Part shown: positions 62,501 to 64,000 of the stretch, piece after piece
Layout of the letters: the number at the start of each line of letters is the position of its first letter
Position numbering within the stretch: position 1 is the stretch's first letter
NCBI GenBank assembly: GCA_046073825.1
Contig: JBJTMY010000097.1
Location: forward strand, 5,270 to 69,269
DNA length: 64,000 nt
Reading direction: 5' to 3'
From: Bacteroidota bacterium
GTDB taxonomy: Bacteria; Bacteroidota; Bacteroidia; AKYH767-A; OLB10
Position numbers and translations under genes: made by a program
The notes under the pieces: generated by a model
Databases searched by the model: none
Seen by the model: the letters and a program-made list of their open reading frames with translations, nothing else
Told to the model about the DNA's origin: nothing

Positions 62501-62579
62501 TGAATGTGAACGATAATTGGTACAAACAAACAATAGCCAACAAAATGGCTAATAACTTAACTGCGCCTTTACTTTGCAT
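59559..62579 (-). CDS. secDF: Protein translocase subunit SecDF (fused)
   Basis: About 1000 aa with SecD and SecF halves (LDLKGGMNV..., two 6-TM RND-like blocks). The start is moved to ATG 62579 (MQSKGAVKLLAILLAIV...) because a -7 box lies at 62606..62613. Confidence 0.93.
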   Translation of the reverse strand: MQSKGAVKLLAILLAIVCLYQLSFTFITRGVENDAKEFAKGDEQKEKNYLDSLSGKGVYNLFVKDYTYQECKEREINLGLDLKGGMNVTLEVSVVDLVRSLAGANQNDPTFKKAIDRALELQKSSNKGFVDLFGQAYKEVDPNASLAAVFANIENQDKINFNSTNDQVLKHLNEEAAAAISRSFNILRTRIDKFGVTQPNIQQLGSGRILVELPGVKEPERVRKLLQGTAKLEFWETYTFGEVAPALVAVNKMLAAQSSTVKNDSSSLALQGVQKDSTKADSSKATAATASNDSSKKAGTISTKTDSAKKDTSKQTFEQFSKENPLFALLFPADGQVKTQEDKNAVDKQAIVGYCAIKDTARLNALLAREDVKQVLPRNLRLLWSVKTISPETKTLQLIAIKVSSRDGSAPLDGGAISDARQDFSQFNNKPEISMKMNLEGAKIWKRLTGENVGKQIAIVLDDYVYSFPNVQGEIPNGSSSITGNFTINEAKDLANILKAGKLPAPAKIVEEAVVGPSLGKEAINNGLISFVVALLIVFVFVYFYYSTAGLVADIALICNMFFIMGVLASLGAVLTLPGIAGIVLIIGLSVDANVLIFERIREELRAGKGLRLAVTDGYKHAMSSIIDSNFTTLILGIILYAFGSGPVQGFATTLIIGILCSMFSAIFITRLIFEGMLDKGKGIKFWNEFSKNAFQNINLPFIEKRKIYYTVSGLVIAAGIASIATKGFNFGVDFDGGRTYVVQFEKSLTTEEIRSSLTKNLGEAPDVKTFGTDNRYKITTDYLINDENNAEAEVKVTSALYDGLKGFYPAGLTLEKFKSDNIINSQKVGATVADDIKSSAVWAILFACVLMFIYILLRFKKWQYGLGATAALFHDVLMILSIYSIFNGILPFTLEINQDFIAALLTVMGYSMTDTVVVFDRIREYVGIHPNLNQKEVINNALNATLSRTMNTSLITFFVLLAIFIFGGDVIRGFSFALLVGIVVGTYSSLCIASPIVIDFDKKKN

Positions 62580-62605
62580 CGATTTTTTTGTTAATTTAAG
62601 AGGCG

Positions 62606-62613
62606 CAAATATA
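62606..62613 (-). promoter_or_regulatory. -7 promoter box (TATATTTG on the minus strand) for secDF
   Basis: Plus-strand CAAATATA 27 nt upstream of ATG 62579. It is part of a 14-mer shared with the yidC promoter. Confidence 0.45.
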
Positions 62614-62698
62614 GGTGAACGAACGATACGAAACAAAGGGAAAATCAATGTTTTCTTTTAAATGTAAGTCAATTACCCGTTTATTTGGGCGACAATTT

Positions 62699-62706
62699 TA
62701 ATTTTG
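62699..62706 (+). promoter_or_regulatory. -7 promoter box for the glycosyltransferase genes
   Basis: Exact TAATTTTG 7 nt upstream of ATG 62714. Confidence 0.4.
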
Positions 62707-62713
62707 TCGGCGT

Positions 62714-63841
62714 ATGGCTCAGCGTATACTTATTTCAGTAACCAGCGATTTAAGCACTGATCAGCGTGTTAATCGCACTGCCACCGCATTAAAGGAGGCA
62801 GGATACAGAGTGCTTGTAATCGGTAGAGTGCTGAAAACCAGCATGGAAGTCAGTCCAAAGCGATATCGCACTTTACGCTTTAGATTATGGGTAAATAAAG
62901 GTCCTCTCTTTTATGCGCTATACAATATCCGCTTATTTTGGTTTTTAGTTTGGCATCATGCCGACATTTTAGTTAGCAATGACCTTGATACTCTGCCGGC
63001 CAATTTTTTAGCATCAAAACTCAAGAAAATACCATTAGTTTACGACAGTCATGAATACTTCACCGGAGTTCCAGAACTAATCAATCGTCCTAAAGTCCGA
63101 AACATCTGGAAGAAAATTGAACGACTTTGTTTACCAAAAGTTCAATGTGCCTTTACTGTTAATGAGAGTATTGCCAATTTATATTGGGCAGAATACCACA
63201 AACAATTTGAAGTAATTCGTAATGTTCCTTTAATTACTAAACCATTTTTAAGTGATAAAAAAAGCCTTAGAAAAGAGTTAGGGTTGCCTCAAGAAAAGAA
63301 AATAATCATCTTACAAGGAGCAGGAATTAATATTGACCGAGGAACGGAAGAACTTGTACAATCCATGTGTTTTATAAAAGACTATTTATTACTTGTGATT
63401 GGTGGTGGAGATGTAATTCCAAGTCTCAAGAAAATTGTCAGCGAATGGGATTTGAATGAGCAAATAGTATTTATTTCAAAACAGCCAATTGAAATATTAA
63501 GAAAATATACAGCCGCATGTGACTTGGGTGTTACCTTAGACAAGGGTACCAATATCAATTATAAATTAAGCTTACCTAACAAACTTTTCGATTATATACA
63601 CGCTGGTATACCAGTACTTGCGAGTGACCTGCCTGAGATTACCAAAATAATTCACCAGTATAACATTGGGAAAATTTGTCCTGACCACCAACCTTCAACC
63701 ATCGCTCGATGTATTCGAGAAATGTTTGCCGATCAAACGACGATGAAAACATGGGAAGAAAATACGCAAATCGCATCAAAAGATCTGAATTGGGATAAAG
63801 AAAAAGAAAAACTCTTAGCGATATTTAAACAAATTGGATAA
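62714..63841 (+). CDS. GT-B fold glycosyltransferase (family 1/4-like)
   Basis: 375 aa; N-terminal ILISVTSDLSTDQRVNR...; a C-terminal sugar-nucleotide-binding-like segment (LPNKLFDYIHAGIPVLASD). Confidence 0.78.
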   Translation: MAQRILISVTSDLSTDQRVNRTATALKEAGYRVLVIGRVLKTSMEVSPKRYRTLRFRLWVNKGPLFYALYNIRLFWFLVWHHADILVSNDLDTLPANFLASKLKKIPLVYDSHEYFTGVPELINRPKVRNIWKKIERLCLPKVQCAFTVNESIANLYWAEYHKQFEVIRNVPLITKPFLSDKKSLRKELGLPQEKKIIILQGAGINIDRGTEELVQSMCFIKDYLLLVIGGGDVIPSLKKIVSEWDLNEQIVFISKQPIEILRKYTAACDLGVTLDKGTNINYKLSLPNKLFDYIHAGIPVLASDLPEITKIIHQYNIGKICPDHQPSTIARCIREMFADQTTMKTWEENTQIASKDLNWDKEKEKLLAIFKQIG

Positions 63842-64000
63842 TCACTTAAACATAGTTTCATTCGACAATCCATACCCTCCGATTTATGGTGGAATTATCG
63901 ATGTGTTTTATAAAATTGTTGCCTTACAAAATGCAGGCATTAAAATCCACTTGCATGTTTTTTCAAATATAGGAAATATTGGAGCCGAATTAAACAACTT
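63834..64000 (+). CDS. 5' end of a second glycosyltransferase (GT4-like), truncated by the window edge
   Basis: The frame is open from 63819. The only start candidate is TTG 63834, which overlaps the upstream stop. It encodes ...NIVSFDNPYPPIYGGIIDVFYKIVALQNAGIKIHLHVF, a typical N-terminus of Bacteroidota GT1/4 enzymes. Confidence 0.5.
   Translation, partial: MDNHLNIVSFDNPYPPIYGGIIDVFYKIVALQNAGIKIHLHVFSNIGNIGAELNN

Overview
AT-rich, gene-dense chromosomal segment with about 55 protein genes and very little non-coding DNA. It comes from a Bacteroidota bacterium that looks Flavobacteriia/Cytophagia-like. The pointers are T9SS type A and type B (CHU_C) C-terminal sorting domains, a fused SecDF, many exact TAnnTTTG -7 promoter boxes, and short or absent mRNA leaders. 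Most of the window is core housekeeping: acyl-CoA dehydrogenase, pyrF, prfA, purM, gyrB, mdh, yajQ, exbB-exbD-exbD-tonB, proS, rlmB, rmuC, holA, an mqnA-like gene, hppD, yidC, pyrG, secDF, and envelope or glycosyltransferase genes. I saw no rRNA, tRNA, CRISPR array, transposase, integrase or phage genes, so this is not a classical accessory or defence island. Several stretches are not explained by known systems. (1) A five-gene, translationally coupled operon (17719..24349, minus strand) encodes two paralogous integrin-like FG-GAP beta-propellers with T9SS tails, a small lipoprotein, a lipoprotein that fuses a cytochrome-c-like domain carrying an unusual CX4CH motif to a YVTN-type beta-propeller, and a DCC (DUF393) thiol-disulfide oxidoreductase. 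(2) A lipoprotein extremely rich in N/Q/Y/W (33314..35209) carries five near-identical 66-bp in-frame repeats and sits next to a FadL/PorV-like outer-membrane barrel, which makes it a possible functional-amyloid or prion-like surface module. (3) A membrane-anchored predicted beta-helix protein lies beside an alpha-oxoamine synthase (sphingolipid or sulfonolipid type) and a two-component pair. I also found an unlisted 46-aa DUF2256 zinc-ribbon ORF, an identical 14-nt element at the yidC and secDF promoters, and -7 boxes showing that several longest-ORF start codons in the track are too far upstream. All family assignments come from reading motifs by eye; no searches were run.
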